Shown one piece after another: positions 56,306 to 64,000 of a stretch of DNA of 64,000 bases. Numbering within the stretch: position 1 is the first letter of the stretch; every line of letters begins with the position of its first letter. A program made the translations under genes and the position numbers. The notes under the pieces were generated by a model, which saw only the letters and a list, made by a program, of their open reading frames with translations, did not search any database and was not told the DNA's origin. Source of the stretch: Vicinamibacterales bacterium (lineage in GTDB: Bacteria; Acidobacteriota; Vicinamibacteria; Vicinamibacterales; JAKQTR01); NCBI GenBank assembly GCA_025456345.1, contig JALOKU010000001.1, positions 248,529 through 312,528 of the forward strand, read 5' to 3'.

Positions 56306-57271
56306 ATGTCAAGGCCGGCGCACAGGCCGCTCGCTGGAGTCTCCAGGTCCGAACTTGAGGAGACACGCTTGACCCGGCGTCCCTGGCGGGCATTCCTGCT
56401 CGTGCTGGCGCTTCACGGTGCGGGGTTTGCCCTCGTCGGCGTCGTCCTCTACCGGCTGCTTCGGTTGCCGCAGGACCTGTCGAACATCGAGGCGTTCCCC
56501 ACCGCGCTGCACTTCACCGCGGGGGGTCTCCTCGGGTACGTGCTGATGCCCTACCTGCTGCGCCTTCCCTGCGGCTCGCGCAGCTTCCGCCGGTATCTCG
56601 ACGACATCCGGCTGACCAGGGTGGAGCCGTTCCTGCCGTTGCTGCTGTTGACGGTGTCGTGTGTTCTCATTCTCATCGCGTGCCAGGGCGCGGGCTCGAT
56701 CGTCTACCGGCTGACCGAGGGCAAGCCGGTGACGCTGGGCTTCCTGGGCCAGGTCTTCGACCTGCCGTCTGTGGTGCCGCCGCGATCGATGCTGCTGTTC
56801 GCGCAGATGTTCTCGTCGCTCGAGGAAGTGCTGTTTCGAGGAGTATTGCTGACGATGCTCCTTCGCGTGTACTCGCCGCGGAAGGCCATCGTCTGCTCGG
56901 CGGCCGCGTTCGGGCTGATGCACCTGCCAGGGGTCTTCGTCGGAATGCCGGTTGTCACGGTCCTGGCACAAGTGCTGTGGGCCTTCCTCTTCGGCCTTTT
57001 CTACGGGTACATCTTCCTCGTGTCGGGCAGCCTCCTCCCCTCGATGGTGATCCACTGGTTGAGCAACGTGTTTCAGGAGCCGCTCACGGCTTACTGGACA
57101 ACGGCTTCCGTTTCCGTGCGTGCGTTCTACGGCGTCGTGTTTGGATACGGCATTGCGTCGGTCCTGATGATTCTCTGGGTCCGTGTCTTCTCCGATCGAT
57201 GGCTGCCTCGACAGGAGTCGGAGGAGTTACCGGCAGGCGCGTCAACGTATCCGGACCGTCGGACATGCTAA
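56306..57271 (+). CDS. CPBP-family intramembrane glutamic endopeptidase (CAAX protease-like)
   Basis: 321 aa, polytopic. Motifs EEVLFRG, FGLMH and HWLSN are the three conserved CPBP motifs. Confidence 0.8.
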   Translation: MSRPAHRPLAGVSRSELEETRLTRRPWRAFLLVLALHGAGFALVGVVLYRLLRLPQDLSNIEAFPTALHFTAGGLLGYVLMPYLLRLPCGSRSFRRYLDDIRLTRVEPFLPLLLLTVSCVLILIACQGAGSIVYRLTEGKPVTLGFLGQVFDLPSVVPPRSMLLFAQMFSSLEEVLFRGVLLTMLLRVYSPRKAIVCSAAAFGLMHLPGVFVGMPVVTVLAQVLWAFLFGLFYGYIFLVSGSLLPSMVIHWLSNVFQEPLTAYWTTASVSVRAFYGVVFGYGIASVLMILWVRVFSDRWLPRQESEELPAGASTYPDRRTC

Positions 57272-57306
57272 TGTGCGGAGCGCCTAGCGGCTGGAGGAGA
57301 GCAGAC

Positions 57307-59325
57307 ATGAGAAGAAGACCGCGTCTGGTTCCGGCCTGCGCCGGTGTCCTGTGCCTCTGCCTGCTGTCGCCGGCGGCCGCGCAGGTGAGGCAAGGCGTCC
57401 TCGACAAGGACACCTTCATGGAGATGGAGACCGTGTCGAACGCGGCCATCTCGCCGGACGGATCCCAGATCGTCTTTTCGCGCGGATGGGTCGACAAGCT
57501 GAAGGATCAGGCGCGCAGCAACATCTGGATTGTTGACACGGCCGGCACGCGGCTGCGCGAACTCACCCGCGGCAGCTGGCGCGACTCGGCGCCGGTCTGG
57601 TCGCCCGACGGGTCGCGGATCGCGTTTCTCTCCGACCGGGACGGCACCACGCAGATACACGTGCTCTTCGCGGCCACGGGCGAGTTGTCGCAGCTGACCC
57701 ACATCGACAAGACACCCGCGGGCCTCACCTGGTCGCCCGACGGCAAGCAACTCGCCTTCACCATGTCCGTCTCCGACGATGCCCCGCTGCTCCCGGTGCA
57801 GCTCCCGAAGCGCCCGCGCGGGGCCGAGTGGGCGAAAGGCGCGACCATCGTGGACCGCCTCACGTGGGCGCGCGACGGCGAAGGGCCCGTCGAGCCTGGG
57901 TACACGCAGGTCTTCACGCTGAACGCGGCCACCGGCGGCACGCCGCGACAGGTGACCGACGGCGCATTCAATCACAACAACCCGGAGTGGTCCGCCGACG
58001 GGCAGGCGATCTTCGTGTCGGGCATCCGCAAACCGGACGCCGAGTACCTCGACAACGATTCCGAGATTTATGCGGTCGATCTCACGTCGCTCGCGGTGAC
58101 GCCGATGACCGACCGCAAGGGCCCCGACACCAATCCGGCTGTCTCGCCAGACGGCCGGTGGATCGCCTACACGGGGTACGACGACAAGCGGTTCACGAGC
58201 CACGTTTCGAGCCTGTATCTGATGGACAGGGCGGGCGGGTCCAGGAGGGTCTGGGCCGGGGCGCTGAACGATTCGCCCTCGAGCACGACGTGGGCGCCGG
58301 ACAGCTCAGGCGTCTACTACCTCGTCCGCGAACTCGGAGGGACGTCGCTCTACTTCGCGCCGCTGAAGGGAGAGCGGAGGAAGCTCGGCGGCGGCACGCA
58401 GGTGTTCAACGGGCTGTCGATCGCCAACACCGGCCAGGCGGCGGCCGTGCGCTCGACGCCGCTGGAGCCCGTACACCTCGTCACGTTCGACGTGGCGCAT
58501 CCGACCGCCGCGAGGAAGCTCGTGGACGTGAATGCCGACGTGCTCGAGAGCCGCGCCCTGGGACAGGTCGAGGAGATGTGGTTCGAGTCGAAGGACGGCC
58601 TCAAGGTGCAAGGCTGGCTGGTGAAGCCCGTCGGTTTCCAGCCCGGGAAGAAGTATCCCATGGTGCTCTGGATCCATGGCGGCCCATGGTCCATGTACGA
58701 CGTCGGGTTCAGTTGGAGCTATCAGAACTTCGCCAGCCTCGGCTACGCGGTGCTGTACACCAACCCGCGCGGCAGCACGGGCTACGGCCAGGACTTCGTG
58801 AACGGCATTCAGTACGCGTACCCCGGCAAGGACTACGACGACCTCATGGCGGGCGTCGACGCGGCCCTCGCGAAGGGCTTCATCGACGAGAGGAACCTCT
58901 TCGTGTGCGGCGGCAGCGGGGGAGGCGTCCTGACGGCGTGGATCGTCGGCCACACGGACCGGTTCGCGGCGGCCGTCTCGATGCGGCCCGTGATCAACTG
59001 GCACTCGTTTGTCGGCACGACGGACGGCCCGGCCTGGTACCGGCAGTTTCGGAAGTACCCATGGGAAGATCCGATGGAGTACGCGGTGCGGTCGCCACTG
59101 CACTACGTGGCCAACGTCACCACGCCGACCATGGTGATGACCGGCGAAGCGGACCTGCGAACCCCGATGCGGCAGAGCGAGGAGTTCTACCGCGCGCTGA
59201 AGCTGCTGAAGAAGGAGACGCTGCTCGTGCGGATGCCGGACGAGTTCCATGGCTGGCGGCGGCCCTCGCACCAGCTCCTCCAGCAGCTCTACCTGCTGGC
59301 CTGGTTCGAGAAGCACAAGCGGTGA
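57307..59325 (+). CDS. S9-family serine peptidase (TolB-like beta-propeller plus alpha/beta hydrolase)
   Basis: ATG at 57307 (MRRRPRLVPACAGVLCLCLLSPAAAQ, signal peptide; internal Met of ORF 56659..59325). Repeated SPDGxxIAF propeller motifs. WIHGGP. Nucleophile segment CGGSGGG. C-terminal DEFHG. Confidence 0.9.
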   Translation: MRRRPRLVPACAGVLCLCLLSPAAAQVRQGVLDKDTFMEMETVSNAAISPDGSQIVFSRGWVDKLKDQARSNIWIVDTAGTRLRELTRGSWRDSAPVWSPDGSRIAFLSDRDGTTQIHVLFAATGELSQLTHIDKTPAGLTWSPDGKQLAFTMSVSDDAPLLPVQLPKRPRGAEWAKGATIVDRLTWARDGEGPVEPGYTQVFTLNAATGGTPRQVTDGAFNHNNPEWSADGQAIFVSGIRKPDAEYLDNDSEIYAVDLTSLAVTPMTDRKGPDTNPAVSPDGRWIAYTGYDDKRFTSHVSSLYLMDRAGGSRRVWAGALNDSPSSTTWAPDSSGVYYLVRELGGTSLYFAPLKGERRKLGGGTQVFNGLSIANTGQAAAVRSTPLEPVHLVTFDVAHPTAARKLVDVNADVLESRALGQVEEMWFESKDGLKVQGWLVKPVGFQPGKKYPMVLWIHGGPWSMYDVGFSWSYQNFASLGYAVLYTNPRGSTGYGQDFVNGIQYAYPGKDYDDLMAGVDAALAKGFIDERNLFVCGGSGGGVLTAWIVGHTDRFAAAVSMRPVINWHSFVGTTDGPAWYRQFRKYPWEDPMEYAVRSPLHYVANVTTPTMVMTGEADLRTPMRQSEEFYRALKLLKKETLLVRMPDEFHGWRRPSHQLLQQLYLLAWFEKHKR

Positions 59326-59533
59326 GGGCGCCGGCGACGTGCTCGGGCGCCCGGTCAGCACCACGAGCGCAGCGCACGACCACGAACGTGTGAAGGGCGT
59401 GGGCGATCCCTGCGCCGTCCCGGGCTCCCGGCCGCCCGAACGTTCTTCTGGCCCGCTCCGTATTACCCTATATGCGCGCGTCCCCACGTGTGTCCTGCGG
59501 TGCATTCGTAATTCGGCTTGGAGGTCTGTAGAC

Positions 59534-62500
59534 ATGCGACTGGCCCGACTCGCTTTGCTCATCCTGCTCGCGGCGCTCATCCTGCCCGCCACCGTCTCGA
59601 CCGAGCCCAACACGCGTGACACGCGCCTGCTGGCCCAGCCCGCCACCAACGGCACCCACGTGGCGTTCGTGTACGCCGACGACCTGTGGGTGGCGAAGCT
59701 GGACGGCACCGACGTCCGTCGCCTGACCACCGACGATGGCGTGGAGAGCCGCCCGGCGTTCTCGCCGGATGGGAGACTCATCGCGTTCTCGGCGCAGTAC
59801 GACGGCAACACCGATGTGTTCCTCGTGGCGGCCGAGGGCGGCGTGCCGAAGCGCCTCACCTGGCATCCAGGCCCCGACTTCGTGCAGGGCTTCACGGCAG
59901 ACGGGAAGCAGGTGCTGTTCACCTCCGGCCGCGCCGCGTTCACCGGCGCCTACCAGCACCTCTTCACCGTGCCCGTCGAGGGCGGCATGGAAGTGCCGTT
60001 GCCCATTCCGAACGCCTTCCAGGCGACGTACTCGCCCGACGGACGCCGCATCGCGTACAACCCGCTGCCGCCGGCCTTCGACCAGTGGAAGCAGTATCGC
60101 GGCGGGCGCGTGTCGCGCCTCTGGCTCTACAGCACGGCGGACCACGCCGTCGAGAAGGTGCCGCAGCCGGCCGACCGCGCGAACGACGTGGATCCGATGT
60201 GGGTTGGCGGCGCGGTTTATTTCCGCTCGGATCGCGACGGCGAATTCAACGTCTACGCCTATGACACGGCGTCGAAGCAGGTGCGGAAGATCACCCGGCA
60301 CGAGGACTTCCCGGTGCTCAAGGCGTCGGCGGGCGGCGGGAAGATCGTGTACGAGCAGGCCGGGTGGCTGCACCTGCTCGACCCGGCCACCGGATCCGCC
60401 AAGCGCCTCGTCATTCCCGTGCCGGCGGACCTGCGCGAGACCCGGGCCCGCTTCGTGAAGGGCCCTGACTACATCCGCAACGCGGGCATGTCGCCGGCCG
60501 GCGCACGGGCGGTCTTCGAGTTCCGAGGCGAAATCGTGACGGTGCCGGCCGAGAAAGGCGACGTGCGCAATATCACGGGCAGCGTGGCGGCGCACGAGCG
60601 AGCGCCGCAGTGGTCGCCGGACGGCTCCCGCATCGCCTACTTCTCGGACGCCTCGGGCGAGTACGAACTGCACGTGGCCTCGCACGACGGCAAGGGCGAC
60701 GTGAAGAGGTTCACGCTGAGTGGCGCAGGCTTCTACGATGACCTGCGCTGGTCGCCCGACAGCCAGAAAGTGGCGTTTGCGGACAACTCCCAGTCGGTCC
60801 TCTGGCTGGACCTGGCCACCGGGACCATGACGCGCATCGGCGGCAACCGGATCTACAGCCCGATCAACCCGCTGGCCTTCGACTGGTCGCCTGATTCGAA
60901 GTGGCTGGCCTACGTCGTCAACACGCAGGCCCTGGTGAACACCGTCTTCGCGTACTCGATCGACCAGGACAGGTCGTTCGCCATCACCGATGGCTTGAGC
61001 GAGGTGGCCGAGCCCGTCTTCGACAAGGGCGGCAAGTATCTCTACCTGTTCGGTTCGACCGACGCCGGCCCGCTGCAGGACTGGTTCGCGCAGTCCAACG
61101 CGGACATGCGCCGGCAGCGGAACGTCTACCTGGTGGTGCTCCGCAAGGGGATCGTGTCGCCGCTCGCGAAGGAGAGCGACGAGGAGAAGCCGAAGAAGCC
61201 GGACGCGCCGGCGGAGAAGCCCGCGGACAAACCGGCCCAGGGCGCCGAGAAGGCCGCGCCGGGGGGTGAGAAAGCCGCCGCGGCCGCCGGGGAGAAGAAG
61301 GCCGACGCCGAGAAGAAGGAGCCGTTCACCATCGACTTCGACGGCATCGAAAACCGCATCCTCGCCCTGCCCATTCCGGCTGGAGACCTCAATAACCTGC
61401 AGGCCGGCGAGGCCGGCTTCGTGTTCTACCAGCGCGTCGATGGCCGCGAGCGGTCGCTGCACCGCTTCGACCTCGCCAAGCGCAAGGACGAGACGCCGCT
61501 CGCATCCGTCGACAGCTACCTGCTCTCGGCTGACGCGAAAAAGGTGCTGTACGCGAAGGATCGTGCGTGGTTCATCACCGCGGCAGGGCCGAAGATCGCT
61601 CCGGGCGAAGGGAGGATTGCCGCCGGCGACATCGAGGTCCGCATCGACCCGCGAGCCGAGTGGCCGCAGATCTTCAACGAGGCGTGGCGCGTCAACCGCG
61701 ACTACTTCTATGCGCCGAACATGCACGGCGTCGACTGGCCGGCGATGAAGGCGAAGTACGCGGCCTTCCTGCCCGATGTCGCCACGCGCGGCGACCTGAA
61801 CCGCGTCATCCAGTGGATGTGCAGTGAACTGGCGGTGGGCCACCATCGCGGCGGCGGCGGCGACCGGCTCGAGCAGGCGAAGATCGTGCCGGGCGGGCTG
61901 CTCGGTGCCGACTACGAGGTGGCAAACGGCCGGTACCGCTTCAAGCGCGTGCTCGGCGGCCTCAACTGGACGCCCGATCTGCGCTCCCCGCTCACCGAAC
62001 CGGGCGTGGACGTGAAGGCTGGCGAGTACCTGATCTCGGTGAACGGCCGCGACGTGCGCCCGCCTGCGAACCTCTACAGCTTCTTCGAGAACACCTCGGG
62101 GAAGATCGTCGAACTGACCGTCGGACCCAACGCCGACGGCACAGGTTCGCGGTCGGTGCAGGCGGTCCCGATCGCGTCGGAGTCGGCGCTGCGGAACCGC
62201 GACTGGGTCGAGGGCAATCTGAAGAAGGTCGACAAGGCCACCGGCGGCCGCGTGGCGTATGTCTACGTGCCGAACACCGCCGGCGCCGGCCACACCTACT
62301 TCAAGCGCTACTTCTTCCCCCAGGCCCACAAGGACGCCGTCATCGTCGACGAGCGCTTCAATGGCGGCGGATCGGTGGCTGACTACTACATCGACATTCT
62401 CCGGCGGCCTTACATCAGCAGCTGGGCCATGCGATACGGCGACGACCTGAAGACGCCGACCGCGTCGATTCAGGGGCCGAAGGTGATGATCATCGACGAG

Positions 62501-62875
62501 ATGGCCGGATCGGGCGGCGACCTGCTGCCGTGGATGTTCCGCAAGTTCAAGGTCGGGACCCTCGTGGGCCAGCGCACCTGGGGCGGACTGGTCGGCGTGC
62601 TCGGCTTCCCGACGCTGATGGACGGCGGTTCGATCACCGCGCCGAACCTCGCCATCTGGGTGCCCGGGGAAGGCTGGGTCGTGGAGAACGAGGGCGTGCC
62701 GCCCGACATCGAGGTGGAGCAGACGCCAGCCGATGTGATCGCCGGGCGCGACCCTCAGCTCGAGAAGGCCATCGACGTGGCGATGGCCGAGCTGAAGAAG
62801 TCGCCGCCGCCGGACGACAAACGCCCGGCGTACCCCGTGCGCGGCAAGACCCTCCGCGGCACGGTCAAGAGGTAG
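59534..62875 (+). CDS. Tricorn-protease homologue (beta-propellers, PDZ, S41 peptidase core)
   Basis: ATG at 59534 (MRLARLALLILLAALILPA, signal peptide; internal Met of ORF 59249..62875). N-terminus LLAQPATNGTHVAFVYADDLWVAKLDG, repeated SPDGxxIAF motifs, PDZ-like segment GEYLISVNGRDV, and S41 core segments DERFNGGG and MAGSGGD. Confidence 0.9.
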   Translation: MRLARLALLILLAALILPATVSTEPNTRDTRLLAQPATNGTHVAFVYADDLWVAKLDGTDVRRLTTDDGVESRPAFSPDGRLIAFSAQYDGNTDVFLVAAEGGVPKRLTWHPGPDFVQGFTADGKQVLFTSGRAAFTGAYQHLFTVPVEGGMEVPLPIPNAFQATYSPDGRRIAYNPLPPAFDQWKQYRGGRVSRLWLYSTADHAVEKVPQPADRANDVDPMWVGGAVYFRSDRDGEFNVYAYDTASKQVRKITRHEDFPVLKASAGGGKIVYEQAGWLHLLDPATGSAKRLVIPVPADLRETRARFVKGPDYIRNAGMSPAGARAVFEFRGEIVTVPAEKGDVRNITGSVAAHERAPQWSPDGSRIAYFSDASGEYELHVASHDGKGDVKRFTLSGAGFYDDLRWSPDSQKVAFADNSQSVLWLDLATGTMTRIGGNRIYSPINPLAFDWSPDSKWLAYVVNTQALVNTVFAYSIDQDRSFAITDGLSEVAEPVFDKGGKYLYLFGSTDAGPLQDWFAQSNADMRRQRNVYLVVLRKGIVSPLAKESDEEKPKKPDAPAEKPADKPAQGAEKAAPGGEKAAAAAGEKKADAEKKEPFTIDFDGIENRILALPIPAGDLNNLQAGEAGFVFYQRVDGRERSLHRFDLAKRKDETPLASVDSYLLSADAKKVLYAKDRAWFITAAGPKIAPGEGRIAAGDIEVRIDPRAEWPQIFNEAWRVNRDYFYAPNMHGVDWPAMKAKYAAFLPDVATRGDLNRVIQWMCSELAVGHHRGGGGDRLEQAKIVPGGLLGADYEVANGRYRFKRVLGGLNWTPDLRSPLTEPGVDVKAGEYLISVNGRDVRPPANLYSFFENTSGKIVELTVGPNADGTGSRSVQAVPIASESALRNRDWVEGNLKKVDKATGGRVAYVYVPNTAGAGHTYFKRYFFPQAHKDAVIVDERFNGGGSVADYYIDILRRPYISSWAMRYGDDLKTPTASIQGPKVMIIDEMAGSGGDLLPWMFRKFKVGTLVGQRTWGGLVGVLGFPTLMDGGSITAPNLAIWVPGEGWVVENEGVPPDIEVEQTPADVIAGRDPQLEKAIDVAMAELKKSPPPDDKRPAYPVRGKTLRGTVKR

Positions 62876-62890
62876 ACCTGTGCAGGATGG

Positions 62891-62925
62891 CGGGCTGGCG
62901 CCTGCGCTGTGCGCGCGCCAGCCCG
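62891..62925. terminator. 11-bp GC hairpin between convergent genes
   Basis: CGGGCTGGCGC (62891-62901) pairs with GCGCCAGCCCG (62915-62925), with a 13-nt loop. It lies between the tricorn stop (62875) and the stop of the small minus-strand gene (62949). There is no U-tract. Confidence 0.4.
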
Positions 62926-62948
62926 AGCCTCGTCTCGAGTCGTGCCTC

Positions 62949-63356
62949 TCAGTGCCTCGGGCCGCGGATTTCGATCTCCGGATCTCTCAACGTGCGGTCA
63001 CCGAACTTGATGTCGTACTTGTAGAAACCGGGGTCGGTCTTGTCGAGGGGGAGCGAGGCCTGGAAGCGCCCGCGCAGCTGCTGCACCTCGATGGGCCCGT
63101 CGGGCAGCGCCCGCACCTTGAGCGGGACCAGGGCCCGGCGTCGCAGCGCAATGCGAGGGGACACCTCAAGAGGCAGGAAGCCTCCGATCTGGACGGTCCC
63201 CGCAAGGCTGGCCGGGAGACCCTGCACGTCCCACACGATGGTATCGCCGTACCGGACGATGATCTGTTCAGGGGTGATACGGAGATCGTAATCCCCTCGA
63301 CGCGGCTCCTCGATGAACTCCACTGTGACGACGCGCTTGACTGGCCTGTACCGCAT
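62949..63356 (-). CDS. Small hypothetical protein (135 aa, beta-rich), downstream partner of a TPR gene
   Basis: AGGAGG RBS 6 nt upstream of ATG 63356. It starts 63 nt after the stop of the upstream TPR gene on the same strand. It ends ...GFYKYDIKFGDRTLRDPEIEIRGPRH, resembling the C-terminus of the 8506..8880 product. Confidence 0.55.
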   Translation of the reverse strand: MRYRPVKRVVTVEFIEEPRRGDYDLRITPEQIIVRYGDTIVWDVQGLPASLAGTVQIGGFLPLEVSPRIALRRRALVPLKVRALPDGPIEVQQLRGRFQASLPLDKTDPGFYKYDIKFGDRTLRDPEIEIRGPRH

Positions 63357-63419
63357 CTGTGCCTCCTGGCGTGAGTGTCGAAGGACCGGCGAGACGTCAT
63401 TGCCTCGCCGGGCATCGCT

Positions 63420-64000
63420 CTAGCCCTCCTGCAACAACGCTGCAACCTGCGGCAGCTTCAGAATCGACTCGAGATCGAGATCGCTGGCCGCCCTCGACCG
63501 GCTGTATCCTCGCTCGATCGCCTTCCGAAGCCAGATGACAGCCTCGCCCCGCTGGCCGAGCAGCGCGTGCACGACGGCGCGCTTGTACAACACGGTGCCG
63601 TCGTCCGGCTGCAGGGTGACGGCCAGCCGGATGTGCTCGAGCGCCTGCGCATGGTCTCCCAGCTTCGCATCGAACACCGCGTGGCGAGCGAGCGCGATCG
63701 CATCCGTGCGGTCGGTCTTCAGCTGTTCGCCCGTGAGGCGCGCCGCGAGGCGATACTCGTCAGCTGCCTCCCGCTCACGGCCGAGCCGTCGATACACATC
63801 CCCGAGGTTTCCGTGCTTCACTGCCGACCTGGGCTCGAGCGCCAGCGCCCGTGTCAGGAGATCCGCGGCCTCCTGGTAGCGCCTTTCGTCGACGTAGAGC
63901 ATGGCGAGGTTCGACATCATCGTCGCGTCCATGTCGGAGACGCTTTCGTAGAGGGCGATGGCCTTCCGCGGTTCGCCGTTGTAGCTGTATGCGGCCGCCA
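63420..64000 (-). CDS. TPR-repeat protein, C-terminal part (gene continues beyond the right edge; possibly another kinase-TPR protein)
   Basis: The ORF track starts it at Met 63932. My translation upstream of that Met stays open and TPR-like up to the window edge (...AAAYSYNGEPRKAIALYESVSD-MDATMMSNLAMLYV...). The C-terminal tail LRKAIERGYSRSRAASDLDLESILKLPQVAALL parallels LARALRAGYQRTLLETSPSFASLRADPRYKKLI of the kinase at 5784..8480. Confidence 0.75.
   Translation of the reverse strand, partial: AAAYSYNGEPRKAIALYESVSDMDATMMSNLAMLYVDERRYQEAADLLTRALALEPRSAVKHGNLGDVYRRLGREREAADEYRLAARLTGEQLKTDRTDAIALARHAVFDAKLGDHAQALEHIRLAVTLQPDDGTVLYKRAVVHALLGQRGEAVIWLRKAIERGYSRSRAASDLDLESILKLPQVAALLQEG

Noticed and set aside
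59468-62329. 953-aa minus-strand ORF
   Set aside because: It is antisense to the tricorn-protease homologue, with no motifs and an extreme Arg/Gly/Val/Asp composition.

Overview
A 64 kb chromosomal segment from a very GC-rich bacterium (by eye about two-thirds G+C). The gene content suggests a soil Acidobacteriota-like organism: many Hanks kinases fused to TPR regions, Tat-exported sugar oxidoreductases, DUF1080, and a tricorn-type protease. That taxonomy is inference only. I call about 48 protein-coding genes. I found no rRNA, tRNA, CRISPR array, transposase or integrase. Because of the GC content, almost every real gene has long arginine/glycine-rich shadow ORFs on the opposite strand or in other frames. 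I chose coding frames by recognisable motifs, signal peptides, and GGAGG-type ribosome-binding sites next to start codons.

Gene blocks, left to right:
- APC permease (partial), DUF72, YbaK/ProX deacylase, PEGA protein, ABC-F ATPase.
- Ser/Thr kinase with TPR region, followed by a small orphan gene.
- A sodium-pump-type biotin decarboxylase operon (carboxyltransferase, OadG-like, biotin carrier, beta subunit) with a glutamate formiminotransferase gene at its 3' end.
- Sel1-repeat protein.
- A glycan and amino-sugar locus: BNR sialidase, PIG-L deacetylase, APC permease, CBM9/DUF5916, Tat-signal aldo/keto reductase, HGSNAT-like acyltransferase, DUF1080, Tat-signal Gfo/Idh/MocA oxidoreductase, and two Tat-signal xylose-isomerase-like TIM barrels.
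- IPT/TIG lipoprotein, monomeric isocitrate dehydrogenase, and a cell-wall trio (DUF882, LysM, lipoprotein).
- Esterase, and ytxJ overlapping SUI1/yciH.
- A tightly coupled kinase / TPR / kinase-RDD operon.
- A VapBC-like toxin-antitoxin pair.
- A third kinase-TPR gene.
- A 1193-aa aminotransferase fused to an archaeal-type PEP carboxylase.
- GH78-like gene overlapping a sulfatase gene.
- CPBP, S9 and tricorn proteases.
- A second small orphan gene downstream of a TPR gene that runs off the right edge.

Best candidates for something new:
1. The aminotransferase::PepcA fusion (48268..51849).
2. A family of 7-nt-periodic, stop-codon-bearing inverted repeat arrays that fill convergent intergenic spacers and bracket a sugar-oxidation gene pair (25357..25445 and 27890..28014). 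A related G-quadruplex-capable copy lies at 16991..17022.
3. Unusual kinase architectures: kinase-RDD-pseudokinase-RDD, and a polytopic-membrane-GAF-Zn-ribbon-kinase.
4. A twice-occurring pairing of a TPR-region gene (kinase-fused at the first site, 5' end outside the window at the second) with a small beta-rich orphan protein.

All family assignments rest on motifs I recognise by eye. No database search was run.
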